Shown here piece by piece: positions 24,610 through 39,089 of a stretch of DNA of 64,000 bases. The stretch lies in contig FLMG01000988.1 in the NCBI GenBank assembly GCA_900088475.1, positions 186,655 through 250,654 of the forward strand, read 5' to 3'. Made by a program: the position numbers and the translations under genes. This DNA comes from Hyphochytrium catenoides (lineage: Eukaryota; Protista; Hyphochytriomycota). The notes beneath the pieces are model-generated. The model saw nothing but the letters and a program-made list of their open reading frames with translations, ran no database searches and was not told the origin of the DNA. Each line of letters begins with the position of its first letter. The first letter of the stretch is position 1.

Positions 24610-27600
24610 TTATGGCTCGCCATAGAGACGGGCACGGGTAGCCTTGGCGATATGCAGCAGCCGTTCTAGTTCTTTAATGATGGGATGGTCAGGTTGATAG
24701 GCCCCGCTATCCAGCAATGTTCGTCTTTCTTCTTCTAGACGGAGGACTTCAAGGTCTGCCAGGGATAGAGGCTCTTTCTCCTCCTTTTCCTCATCCTTAC
24801 CCTCGTTCGTGGCCAAAGGACTCTTCCGAGGAGGGCTAGGGAAAATGGAAGGCAGATGCTGATGGACTGCCCAGTCTACAGCTTCTGAAGATGCACGTTG
24901 GGGCTCCTTCGGCCTTTCAAACTTGTCATAGGATTGTGGGCACTGGCCGAATTGACGAAGGTCATCGAGTTGCTTCCTGATCGACCGAAGCTCCTCACGA
25001 TCTCCATCCAGAACGAACCTACGAACATACAGCCACAGTGAGCGACATGCTGTGAGCCGCTTTTTTACTGCCCTCACCGTTCTTCCCTAGCCAAATACTG
25101 GAGCCGCAGTTGCTCCAGCTCTTCCTGCACCTTCTGCTGGCTCTTCTGTCGCTCACGTTTCAGTGCTTTTGCCAGTCTTTCTAGCTGCGTCCTATAGGAA
25201 GACGAACATGTAACTAAAGAGCGATCCAGGAAGACGTCCCTTCACTAAAGCTCTTTCTACCTCAGTGATTTTTTGCCATCTAGCGCTGCCTGCTTCTCCT
25301 CTCTTTCTTTTTGAAGCTTCTCCTCCTGCCAGCGTAGAGCTTTAGCATCGGACAAGTATTAGAGAAAAGCTCAAAGACGCGCTTATAGCATTTAAGAGGC
25401 AATATACCATGAAGGAAGACAAAAAGGAGTGAGCCGTAAGAATCCGTACCATATCCTGCAACTTGACAGAGAGTTTGAGGAGCTCACTCTGAAGCTCTGC
25501 CTCGGGCGTGCGTCGCTGAAGATCACGATAGCGTGCGAACTCCTCCTCCAACTGAGTTCGCGTAGTATGGACAAGACAGAATAGCGATTTGTAAGAGGAT
25601 CAACGCAGAAGAGATGTGTGTGGGCAGGCGTGGGACATAGGAGATGCAGAACTGACGACAAACGACGACAAGAAGGCTTAACGCACCGCATATATTGCTA
25701 CAGTAACAGAACTGCGAAGCGGCCATGCATGCAAAGAATGGTCAAGAAAAGCCTGATGTCGAAGGTTCGTAAAGAAGTGCCAAGCTATACAGAGCTTACC
25801 GTCTTGATTCTTGCATCCCTGAGCTTTATCGTCTCCTCGGCCATCTGAGCTCTCCGCTCCATCATCTACAGACCGTGCCACGTCAGGGCGAGTGGGCATC
25901 GCTATGATCAACATGAATCACCTCCCCATCTCATAAACGATTTCGTCTCCCGATCCTCAATGTTGACGGCACCCATTTATCTGGCAAAGCACGGTCATCG
26001 ACCTCCTACCTCAGTGTCTTTCTTGGCTAAGGCGACGGCATGACTGCTCTCGCTTCGAAGCCTCCTTTGAAGACTCTGTAAGAGAGGGGTTAGGAGAAAG
26101 TGGAAACAGCGTCAGAAAGGCACAATATATACATCAATAGCTTAGCGTCAAGCAACGCCAAGTTCCTGTCGACGGGGGAGAAGGTGCTAACATGAGAGAT
26201 GCTCTCCACGCCGCAGAAGTGAAGTAGAGTGAAGAGCTCAGAGCTGGTGAAGACCTCTAAGATGCACTAGCTACCTGTAGCTCAGCGTTTTTCTCACTGA
26301 GTTCTCTCCTGGCGTCATCCTCAGCCTCCTTGAGTTTCCTTTCCCGAGCCTAGAGGCAAGGGAGAGGGAGTGCCATCCGCAAATGATATGGACGAGCTCT
26401 AAGGGTAGGAAAAAATAATACTCAAGACGTGATTATCTGATTGCTACGTACCTCTACGTCAGCTAGGCTTTTCCTCAGTCTGCTCTCTAATCTAGCGTAC
26501 TCTGCCTGTGACGCCTCGATGATCGTCTTCCTCTCCTGTTCCCTTCTATCCCAGTCCTGTGATGGCGATGAAGTGCAAAGCCTTAGTGAACGTTCGCCCG
26601 ATACGACATCTCATGGCTTCACCCCAGCCTGCAGCTTCTTGGCATCTCTACTTTGGCCCAGTTCCACAGAAACGTTGGATAGAGTCCCCAGTCTTGGGCT
26701 GTACCTCTTGAATTTCCATCAACCGTTCCGATTCTTTCTTTTTCAGCTCTGCTTCTCGCCTCGCCTCATCTTGGCGCTTCCACTCATTCCAAGCTTCTTG
26801 TTCCTAATGACGTCAATATAGAGCACAGGCAATGGCAAGTAAGGACATAGCAGCCACTGACGAGATAAGACGTTAATAAGTGGAAAGAAATGCACCCTAA
26901 CAAGTGTTCGTACTGTCTGGGCCGCCTCCCCTTCTTCCCCGAATCGACGGAGGACATCCAGCCCCACATCTTACTGATAATCGATGGATATTCCCCACAA
27001 TCATCTCGCCACGTTGTTTTGCTCTCTCCTCTAAGTAGACCAAGCCATCTATGGATGTTCCATAGGGCGACTCATCGCGTTCAGTCTTACCTCCAGCAGC
27101 TCCGCCCTTCTATCGTTGATAATCTCTTTGGCCCTCTCCTCTGCTCTTTTGCGTACTTCTGCCTCAAACTCCTTCTTGAGCTTGCTGACTTCTGCCTGGA
27201 CTTTGGCTTGTTCTCTGAGAGCGGTGAGATGAACTTCCAGAGAGTGCTGAACCTTTAGTTCCTCGATATCTCCCTAGATGGAAGGGAGACGGAGTCTGTC
27301 ACTCCCAAACTGAAGAGTTATCTTCCAGCCAGGAAAGGGCGGAAGAACCCGAAAGTGGCGCACAAGGACCGCGGCAGCAGCCAGCCAAAAGCACTGAAGA
27401 AGTACCTTCAACTTTGACACTTCGGCTGCTTTTGCCTTTAATCTTTCTTCAAGCGCCAAGTGGTTAGATAAAGGCGGGCTCGAAGCGGGAGGAGCGCTGC
27501 TCTTTGTTTTCATGTCCTCCTGTCTTCCTACGTATTCTGCTGCTTTCCGTTCTTCAACCGCGTTCTCAGCTGCTGGTTCCAGCTCTCTTTGGTGAGAGGC

Positions 27601-30600
27601 CTCCTCGTTGCCAACGGATTGCGGTTTGCTTTGGTCCTCAGAAGACATCTCTGCGATTCTATCATGTCTTTGAGCTCCTCCTGGCCCTAATCCCTCTAGC
27701 ACTCCGTGGCCACTCTCAGTCTCCCCAATTATCTTGGAATCCTGTTGCGTCCATTCACAATGATCTTAGGTACAAATGATGGTCTTTCGGGTGCTTTCTT
27801 GAGGTACCTTACCTCTTCCCCGAACGTGTTCGCTGTCGCAGGCTTTTTCATAGTAAGGTCAAGTCGAGGGCTACGATTTGACGGTCACCAAATAAAAGAG
27901 GGGAATGTTAGGCCCTTTGGCGTCCTCGACGTCGTTCTATGAGAACTTCTTCTTCGGGGCGGTGTCTCTATCTGCCGCTTCCAATAAGTGCTCTTCTTAC
28001 CGTAGCAAATTCGTCCCAGGTCCGATTGTGCCAAAGTCTTCTAGCAGAGCTACCACGCGTAGTTCTCCCTGGACGCATCACAGATAAAGGCATTTGTGAG
28101 TTAATAGAATAAGTAGAGAAGTCTGGGCAGGAAGAAAGCCTGGATAGCGTATGAACAGCCAAAGAACGGAAGAGATGGACGGCGAGGAAGAAGTAAGACG
28201 AACCAGAAGGCGCAATGTTGACCAATTGTGTTAGCAGTAAAGGGGCTTACCTTGGCTTTCCCCTGAGAGGATATAGTTAGGTAGCTGTCTGTAGATCGGA
28301 CCTGCGTCGTCTGCGTGACAGAAGTTGCAACGTGAGCGCTAAGTGGACACCAATACTTCTATTGAAGGGGCCACAAAGTATGCCGGATGAACGTAGCCTT
28401 ATGACGTACCAAAGCCTGCGTGGAATGTGTTTGGATTTCTTTCTGGCTCGAGAGATATCGCTGAGCAGCGCGAGAGGAAGGGAAAGCCTGCAATTTGCAA
28501 GGGCGTACCAATGAGCTCTCTTACATCCATTGCCTGGGTGCCGTTCCTTGTGTGTGTAACGCTAGCCTATACCGTCAGTGCTGATTTCTTATGGCACGTA
28601 ACCCCTCTTGACCTCTGTTATAGAAACACATCACCCACCTTAACGTTCTGCCCAAGCTGGATGCGGTAAAGATTTTTAGTCAGCAGCAGACGTCCTAGCT
28701 CTAACTTCACGAGTCCCAGCTCTTTGCTCACAATTCCTGTGCTCGATCCTAGCTCTTGGGTACCTTCCTTACTCTCAAGCTCTCTTCCAACCTCTTGTGA
28801 CACTTTAACGTCGATCGGCTCCTCTAAAGCTGCACGGAGGTGCAACGGGCTGAGGGCAAAGTCAAATTCCTTAAAGGACTTGGTCAGGAGTAGCTCCAGT
28901 TTTGGAACCGTCCTGACGGCTTCGGTCCTCACTGCACAGTGAAGGTGAGAAGAAGCAGAGGGGATATGATCTTAGGGACGAGAAGCTTCAAGAAGGTAAG
29001 GACAACTAACTTAGGAACAAGAGATCAAGATATTCTGCAGGACCCCTGTGCATGGCCAATCGGGCCCATTTCCGATAACTTCTGGGACACGATGACTTAC
29101 CTATACCGTCCTGGCCCAGCCATGGTACGCAATAGAGAAAGAATACATCGGCTTCATCTGTCAGCCCTTTAATGGCACGGATGTCTATGGATAGGCGAAA
29201 GTGGTGCAGATCCGTAGCCAAAAGGCTCTCATCGCTACTACTTTCCGTGCTGATCCCTAAACGGCGGCATGTAACATCAGTATACGTAGTGTTAAGTAAA
29301 ACACTGAAAAGCTACAGGATGATTCCACAGTCTAGAGTGAAGGAAGGCGATGATGCGAGACACCTTGGTCTGCATCGGCTGCTCATGACAGGTAGGACCA
29401 GAAGACAGAGGAAGCAGGAGAGATATAGTGTATCGTGCTCTCTTACCTGTTTGTTGCTTCTCAACGTCAAGGTCAGAGATTACAGAAGGCTGTCGCGGCG
29501 GAGAAGGAAAGAAGAGGCCCCGAACCTCGTCTTCTCCCTGCTCTACAGTGCTCTCGGTCTGCGCAGACAAGAACTGTCGAATTGTGTCCACGGCACTAAC
29601 ACTAGCACTGTGCTGCTGTGAGACATCTTCTATGGCAGAGAAGTCTGTCTGCTGCAAGAGATCCATTCTCCCCTCTTCCACGACCTCTTTTCGCTCTCGG
29701 AGTACATCTGGGGCCTTGCCTTCTCTGACAAGCTGTACGGAGAGTTTCACCTTACAGTCGGAGAAGCCCTCAAACTCATACTCTCCAGCAAGCTCCTGCC
29801 CTGTGAAGTCTTCATCCACCTTACCGGCGTAGGTAGACCAGTCTAATAGCTTAGAAAGAGGCACCTTAACCTCTCCCAGCACATTATCTATGGTACAAAG
29901 ATAGATAGAGAGGCAGGGCAGCTCTGTATGGAAGAAATCCAATAGGTCAGAAAGACAAGAGCGAAGTCTAAAGCTGTCGCACAGTGGAGAGAAGCGTGGG
30001 TGCCGTGGATTGCGGAAGATGTCGGTCTGGACGACCACATCAAAGAGACTGTAGCTTAGCCAGAAACTGTGCCTACCCTGTAGCAGAGGTTCAGCAGAGG
30101 ATGACTTGCGGCTCAGGGAGTGCGAGAAGAAAGATGAGACAATTTTTGACACGTCGGACAGCGACTCCAAGGTGAGAGAAAGAATGTAGATATGATTTCC
30201 TTGTCGCGAACCAAGAGGTAGAAAGCTTGGTCCAACTCCGGCCGCTGGCTCCTCCTCTCTCACTGTCTCTTTCTTCGTGTCCGGAGACTCAGTAGAACCG
30301 GGAGCCAAGGCTGTGGTCCTCTTAGCCCTGACGCTCAATAAGAGCTCGCCCCCGTAGGATGCTTGCTGAATGGGCAGCCAGGCTTCCTCCGTCTCTTCAG
30401 TGCTTCTCAAATCGCAGAGCACCCAGCCCAGAAGCAAGGAGTCAGCCGTGGAGGGACGTCGCGGTGAGTTCGCATAGACGAATAGTTTAATCTTGGGTTG
30501 AGTGGCTCGTAACGTCTTCCACTGGTCCAAAGGCAATCTCCAGAGTAGCTGCCCGGAACCGTCTGTGGGCCAGAAGAGCTCCTTGCTGTTTATTCCCTTG

Positions 30601-30737
30601 CCCCAAACCCCCGGAGACGTCTCCTTCCGCTGGCTGCCAATCACAGCTTGCACCTTGATTGTCTTGCGTTTGAAGGTCTCCAAATCCTGCAGCCACCGAA
30701 GGCGCTTAACCACCACGGTAACCTCCATCTCAGCCAT
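24610..30737 (-). CDS. CEP120: centrosomal protein CEP120 (C2 domains plus coiled coil), many exons
   Basis: N-terminal C2-like region (KIKLFVYA..LLGWVLCDLR), HHFRLSIDIRAIK in the third C2, long coiled coil, and terminal LEEERRTLLDSGAYQPDHPIIKELER motif. Confidence 0.85.
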
Positions 30738-31413
30738 TCCTGACTCGTAGAAGCAAGGCCAAAAAGGTCAGAATGGGCTTGCAAATGGCTTCGTCCAACC
30801 TAATCTCCCGCGACTTGCCTATCGTGCCATAACCCCAAGCCTACCATCGTTGCACTTGCCAGATGTAAAGCAGTGCCACCCATCTACTGCAGCATGACTA
30901 AAGATCTGAAGGTCTCAAGCCCTGCAGGTGCCTGCCAGGAGTTGTCACTATGATGCAGATTCACCCCGGCGCTGTGGAAGAGGCAGGGAAGTCTCTATAA
31001 TGGCAGAGGATGAGAGTCCTTTCCGCGCTGTGAAGGCGGAGGCTGCTGCTTCGGCTGAAACGCCATAACTCACCATTTTCAAATCTGACACGAGTCCCCG
31101 CCAAGAATCATCCATATTCCTAATATAGTAAGTATATGATGTCCCCTTATGAGAATTCGGTACACTGGATGATTGTTATCAGGAATCCTAGAGCTCTCAA
31201 TTTTGACAGCTTCTGAACCGACAAGTGGCATCGTTGATGCTCCTTCTTTCCTGCTTGATGGACGATCTGATGATCTGTGATGGAGGCAGATCGGAGCAGG
31301 AGAACTCAGCAGTAGAGTCTGCAACAGCGCCGTTCCGTATTATCCGTGAAGAGTAAGGTCTACAGGCGGCTTGCAGTGAGCCTGAGGCTTGCTTACCATC
31401 TTACTATTTAACC

Positions 31414-32730
<1,317 letters not shown>

Positions 32731-33354
32731 CTCGCGTCCCTTCTTTCCAAAAAGCACTGCTACCTATCCACTTAGATTCTTCCTCTACACTTTGATCCGT
32801 AAGACCTTTCTGCTCATCCGTTGATAGCAGAATAAATCTCACTAGTGAGGGCATAGGCGCCCAATGTTACGGTCTTCCATAGCTGCCCGCTGAGTTAGGA
32901 GCAAAATCCTGGCAGCAAGCTGAAGTGGCAGTAAGAGCCGAGGACTTGGCAACTATTAGAAGTATCTCTTTTGCCCTGCAGATCGTCCGCTATCGCCTCT
33001 ACGAGACGTCAACCCTCCAGGAAGAGCTAGATCTTCGCGATCGCCTCTCCTAGATAGTGCAGCCAGCTGCACAGAATGAGCTTCATTCATCCATCAAATC
33101 ATGGACCAAACCGATGACCTGAAGATTTGTTAGCCGTTAACGAGTCTTCGGATCCGGACGATGATTGGGCTGACAAGGGGGATCGGGGTGCTTGCATATG
33201 ATAGGGGTAGTGGAGGCTATCCCCACGGTTAGAATACTAAAAGGAAGAGGCTTTGAGGTGAGAGTCGTCAGTATGGTGGGGGTCGTGGGCTTGTAAGTAC
33301 GGAGACTAAGAATGAAGACAGAAAAGAAAAGAGCGAAAACGAGAGCACAATAGG

Positions 33355-33450
33355 ATAGAGAGAGAAAGAGAGAGAGACAGAGAAAGACAGAGACCAAGAG
33401 AGAGCGCGAGAGAGAGAGAGACTGAGAGAGAGAGACCGAGAGAGAGAGAG

Positions 33451-33484
<34 letters not shown>
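33355..33484. repeat. (GA)n microsatellite upstream of PLD
   Basis: Near-perfect GA dinucleotide tract. Confidence 0.9.
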
Positions 33485-33854
33485 GGGTTACAACCCATCC
33501 AACGATGGAAAGCGAGGAAACTGAAACTTTTGATACCGTCATAGTTCTCTCTCCCTTGTGGACGCAGTGCGGTGGGATCGTGGGAGCTGATCTGATTCGT
33601 TCCCCATCTACTAGCTAGCATAGAACATTGCGTCAGGGTGGACATAACTGCTTGTGCAGTGGCACATCTACCACCTTCTCTCTCTTCCTCTCTCTTTTCG
33701 CAGTTCTATATTCCTCGTTCTCAGGTCCGCCTATTCGTCTGGCGTCTGAGCTCCTTCACTTAATAAATAGTTTCGAGCTCTGCGAGAAGGAAAGAGAATC
33801 TCTTCTCAATATCTATTGAGACAACGGCCGGAGATCTTCAACAAGCAGACAGCC

Positions 33855-36528
33855 ATGGCGCCTTTAGCAGGAAAGATCGACATTCACATCATTGAAGCGA
33901 GGAACTTGCCCAATAAAGGCTTGGTGCGCACGTCAGACCCTTACGTCGTGGTCTGGGCTGGAGATCAACGTCTTGCGTACACCGAGATTGTCTATAACAA
34001 TGTCACCAACCCGCGATGGGACACGCGTTTTGATAATGTAGACATCTCTGCCGATCACATTGAGAACATCGAGGTAGAAGTTTGCGATCAAATTGTATGT
34101 ATGAAGGACATGGACATGGGCAAGCTCCTTATCCCGGCTGAAGACTTAGCCCGCGGCGAGGAGATCGGCGGGTGGTTCAAAGTCAATAAGACGGGCGGAG
34201 AGATCAATCTGACAATGAAATATACACCTGTGGAGGCGCTTCCCTCAAACCAAGAGGTAAGCTTAGGCTTCTCTCAGAGCTGCGTGAGGTTTATGGAAAC
34301 TCGTAGAGAGTGTCATAGTAGATAGTGCTTGAGAGGTGCATCGCGGTTGATCAGGAGTCACCTGAGCTCAGTCTTTAGGTTAACGGTAGAGAGAGAGAGG
34401 AAGTCCTAACACTAGCGGAAGAACAGCCATGTAACTCAGTTTGTACCTCCCTAGATCTCGAATAGCTACTTCCCGGTGCACCACGGGTGTCGGGTCACCC
34501 TGTACCAAGATGCTCACCAACACGCAGACGGTCTTCCGACTATTCGCTTCAGCAGTGGTGACGTCTACCGCCAGAAGAGCTGTTGGGACGACTGTTACGC
34601 CTCATTGAAGGAAGCTACAAGGTTTATCTACATTACTGGTTGGTCCGTCTGGCCCTCTCTTACCATGGTGAGGAATGGAGAGAGTCACAGTGAGACTCTT
34701 GGAGAGCTTTTGAAGCGCAAGGCCGACCAGGGAGTGGACGTAAAGATCATGGTCTGGGACGAGCAGACCTCCAATATGTTTAACCGTTCGGGACTGATGA
34801 TGACTCATGATGAAGAGTGCGACACATACTTTGCCAACTCTAAAGTTAGCTTTGCCAAGGTTAGTAGGTCTCACGCTAATGTTACGTCTCCTCCTTCCGT
34901 CCTTCTGTCCACAGACTCCCGCTTTATCTACTAGTGTCTCTTTCTACACCGTTGCTCTCTTGGTCAGGTTTTCACCATATTACTCCGAGATGCACGTAAC
35001 ACTTTGCTAATTTTAATATCTTTCTTTCTCCTCCCGCCCTCACAAGGTCGCCCGTGGACGAGACTCGACCAATGCCCTTCTCTCTGCAGTGGGCGTGCTT
35101 TTCACTCATCATCAAAAGACGGTGATCTGTGATGCGGAGAGTCGCGACCCTTCACGGCGTCGGGTCATATCCTACGTGGGAGGCCTCGACCTTACTGACG
35201 GGCGGTATGACGACGCAAGCCACCCTCTCTTCCGCACGTTGAAGACGGTGCACAAGGAAGACTTCCACCAGGCATGCGTGCAGGTCGTAAAGGGAGAAGA
35301 GATCACTGCACCTTTTGGTCCCCGTGAGCCTTGGCATGATATCCACGGCAAGTTCGAGGGCAGTATTGCCCGGGATGTCTTTACCAACTTCATTGAGAGG
35401 TGGAGAAAGCAAGTCCATCGGCAGGCGAAGACACTAATCAACCTGGACGGTGATCACAGCTTCCTTTCGGCTGAGGAAGAACGGGTTTACGAGCTGGGAA
35501 ACAAAGAGACATGGAGCTGTCAGCTCTTCCGCTCTATTGATGCCAGAAGCGCAGAGTTCAGCCGCTCGACCGCCAATCTCTTCAGTAAGAAGGGCCGGTT
35601 TGTGGATGCAGGAATCCACAAGGCGTATATCCATCACATTAGAAGGGCTAAGCGGTTTATCTACATAGAGAACCAGTACTTCCTAGGCAGCTCGCACTTG
35701 TGGAACCACCCCATGAAGGGCGCTGACCATCTTATTCCAGCCACACTGGTAAACAAGATTCTCTCCAAGATCAAGAAGAGACAGAGATTCACAGTATACA
35801 TTGTGGTTCCTCTCTATCCTGAGGGTGATCCGTACAGCACTTCGGTGCAGCAAATTTTGCACTGGCAGTGGCAGACAATTGCTATGATTTACAGGAAAAT
35901 TGCCGAAGGGCTGGCACAAGCTGGGCTGAATCATCACCCAACAGAGTACCTTATGGTCTTCGCTCTCGGCAACAGGGAGACAACAGAGGGCAACCAGGCC
36001 GACCCCAACCCACCACAGGGACTGCCAAGCAGGCTAGCTCAGACCCGGCGGTTTATGATCTACGTCCACTCGAAGATGATGATTGTGGACGATGACTTCA
36101 TCATTTTGGGGTCTGCCAACATAAACCAGCGCTCTATGATTGCGACGCGTGACACAGAGATTGCTGTAGGCGCCTGGCAGCCGCATTATGACGGTGAACG
36201 CGGCGAAGTGACTGACTCTCAGATCCATGGCTTCAGAATGTCCCTGTGGGCAGAACATCTTGGAAGAGTAGAAGAGGCCTTCCGCAGGCCCAACAGCCCG
36301 GAATGTGTTCAAAGTGTGCAGCAGCTGGCCCAAGAGAACTGGAATCTCTACAGATCAAACGAGGTCAGGGAGATGACAGGTCACCTTATGACCTATCCCT
36401 ATGACGTCTCCCAAGCCGGCATCGTGAACTCTCTGCCAGGTTGCGTGAGCTTCCCTGACACCTCGGCTGCGATAGTACCTCCTAAGCCTGGCTCCGTGAT
36501 GCGACAACTTGCACGTCTAACTATGTAG
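33855..36528 (+). CDS. C2-domain phospholipase D (plant PLD alpha/delta-like), 3 exons
   Basis: Exons 33855-34256 (C2 domain), 34455-34859 and 35047-36528. Two HKD motifs (HHQKTVICD; HSKMMIVDD..ILGSANINQRSM), plus PREPWHDIH, FIYIENQYFLG and FRMSLWAEHLG. Confidence 0.95.
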
Positions 36529-36585
36529 AGCGGTTTGGAGTCACGATGGAGACAGAAACGGATGCTTTAAAACTCAAAAGACGGA

Positions 36586-36611
36586 GAGGGACGGAGAGAG
36601 GGAGAGGGAGA

Positions 36612-36642
<31 letters not shown>

Positions 36643-36655
36643 CTGGAGAGAGAGT
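36586..36655. repeat. (GA)n tract between PLD and MRT4
   Basis: GA-rich tract seen directly. Confidence 0.8.
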
Positions 36656-36994
36656 GTCTCCGAAGGACTTTCAAAATATTGAAAAGGTTCTGATGTTCTC
36701 ATTGCATATTCCTGATATAAGCGCAAATGGCGCCTTTATCTATAATAAAAGATATTGTAATCTGGATCCGCTCCACGAACACAGAACCAGTCAAACATGG
36801 AAGGTAACGAACGAGTAGCAACCTCGAGCCAGGGAAGAGCCACGACCCAAGCTTCAGAAAGACTTCGTCTGCTGATCTAGTCTGAAGCTGCGTTTGCGAG
36901 CTCTGGACGCCAAGAACATACAGAGATCGCCATTGAGCCAGTGCTTTGGGAGCTGCCGGTTCAAGAGTAGCTCTTAGCTGCACAGTTAGAGATC

Positions 36995-38776
36995 ATGCCG
37001 AAGTCTAGGCGAGCAAAGATTGGTTGGTTAACTTTCTGCCTTGTCGACCTTGTCCCATCACTGCTAACAGCAACTGGGGTGTCTTCATTCTCCTGCCAGC
37101 TCCAAACCTCCATCTATCCCTTGCCTTGCTCTCATGCAATTGTCTCCCTCCATTTCTGGGTCTTGTTAGCGTCTTCTTGTCTTCTTCGGCTTCAACTAAT
37201 CTCTCTTATCAGTACATCTGAACAAGACCCAGAAGAAGGGTTCAACATTGAAGACCACCCTGGTGGAAACCCTGAGAGAAGCTCTGGATGAGTACTCGTC
37301 AGCTTACGTGATTGAGTGCAATGACATCAGAAGCAACCACTTCAAGGAGATCAGAGCAGCTTGGACTGACAGCAAGTACGTATGGAGTGTATGAGCCTAA
37401 CGGAAGTGACCAAGTGCTGAATGGTTAGGAGCAGATTACTGGGTAGTCAAAGAGAAGGAAATGGAAATTGAGAGATATCAACATGGAAAGGCATAACGAG
37501 AAACGTGATAAGAAGGGCAAGGAAGGGCCGCGGTGGTGGATGACGAGAGAGAGAAACACTTTCCATGGCTCCAATGCAGGGTCATTCTCATTCACTGCCA
37601 CCGTAGGCTGCTCATGGGAAAGAACAAAGTGATGAAGGTCGCTCTTGGCCGCTCACCAGAAGAGGAGTTCCGGGAAGGGCTTTATAAGCTTGGAGAAGTA
37701 TGTGTCCCTACTGGTTTTTATATTTTTTATATATATTCTTGCCTCTCTCTCCTGGTCTTCTCACAATCTGTCGATACTTGTATGTCTTTCGTCTCTCTGT
37801 CTGTCGCTGCTCCCCACCAATCCCCGCCAGTTCACACTTTCCTAATCACTTCATTTTCCTTCAGGACTTAACAGGGAACACAGGGTTACTGCTAACCAAC
37901 AGAGACAAGAGCGAGGTGGAGAAGTAAGAGAGAGGCCTTGCATATCTCTTCGGCCTGCATTTGCAATCCCTATATCCTCCTCCGGCTAACGCTGTCCTCC
38001 TCTAATTTGCCGGGCGGTCAACTATCTCTCTTCTAAATCCCCTTCATATGTTGCCCTTTGAGTTGGTAGATTTTTCATCTTTTCACTGCAAAGGAGCTCC
38101 GCTCATCCTTTTGCTGAAGCTCTGCAGTCCTCTGCGTTCCTATAATGCTAACCATTCCCGTTAACCGCACAGGTACTTTAATGCCTTCGTAGTACGAGAC
38201 TATCCGCGAACGAAGTACCCAGCATCATACGAGGTGAAGCTGGAAGCTGGCCCCTTAGAACACTTCCCAGCTTCACAGACAGAGCATCTGCGGCAACTGG
38301 GACTACCAGTGCAGCTTAAGAACGGCGTGATCCACCTCTTGGAGGACTACGTGGTGTGCAAGAAAGGAGACATTCTCAAGCCTGAACAGGCTAAATTATT
38401 GGTATATCTGCACCTCGGTCTCTCTTTTGTCGGGAGAGTGTCCCTGTCCATCTTCACACGAAGCCTTGCTGTGTCCCTGTCCATCTTCACACGAAGCCTT
38501 GCCTCTCTTAATCCACTGTTCTACTTCGAGTTAGCGTAGACTGCAAGAGTGTCTGTGTCCGAGCTTCATAACTTTCCTGCTGTCAGCTTTATGTTGTGGC
38601 AGTCTTCTCCGACGGGTTTCTAGTCTCGCAGATCATCTAACCCTTCGCCCCTATCTGCTATGTGTCACGGACCATAGAGCCACTTCGGACATGAGATGGC
38701 AGAGTATCGGATCACGCTGCGTAGCTACTGGCATGATGGCAAGTACCAGAAGCTCAACGATATGTCTGAAGACTAA
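36995..38776 (+). CDS. MRT4: ribosome assembly factor Mrt4 (mRNA turnover 4), multi-exon
   Basis: MPKSRRAKI..LNKTQKKG, RLLMGKNKVMKVALGRSPEEE, GNTGLLLTN, LRQLGLPVQLKNGVIHLLEDYVVCKKGDILKPEQAKLL. Confidence 0.95.
38438..38502. repeat. 33-bp tandem duplication in an MRT4 intron
   Basis: gtgtccctgtccatcttcacacgaagccttgc(t) occurs twice in tandem. Confidence 0.9.
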
Positions 38777-39089
38777 GGATGTGCAAGAGGAAGTGAAGCA
38801 ACGATAAGTCAGAGTCGGGACGCAACGGGCTATACACGACCGGACAACAAAACAGGTCAAGCAAGACTATTCATTCGCTTTATTCTAGAAGAGGTAGCGC
38901 ATGCACGCTTCGGCAAAGAGATCTGTTGGAAAGAGACCAAATGCGGTTTGACTCTGCAACATGAAATGATGGGCGGAGGATAGGGAATGTGTCTTGTGGA
39001 TCGCTTAGTGCGCCCTAATCTTTAATCCGGAGGGAGAGAGAGAGAGAGGGAGAGAAACAAGCGAGATGACATCTTCTGTATAAATGGAG

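Noticed and set aside
29428-29832. Antisense ORFs overlapping CEP120, PLD, LPA1-like, COPA and MYB exons
   Set aside because: These are shadow ORFs of real coding exons on the opposite strand.
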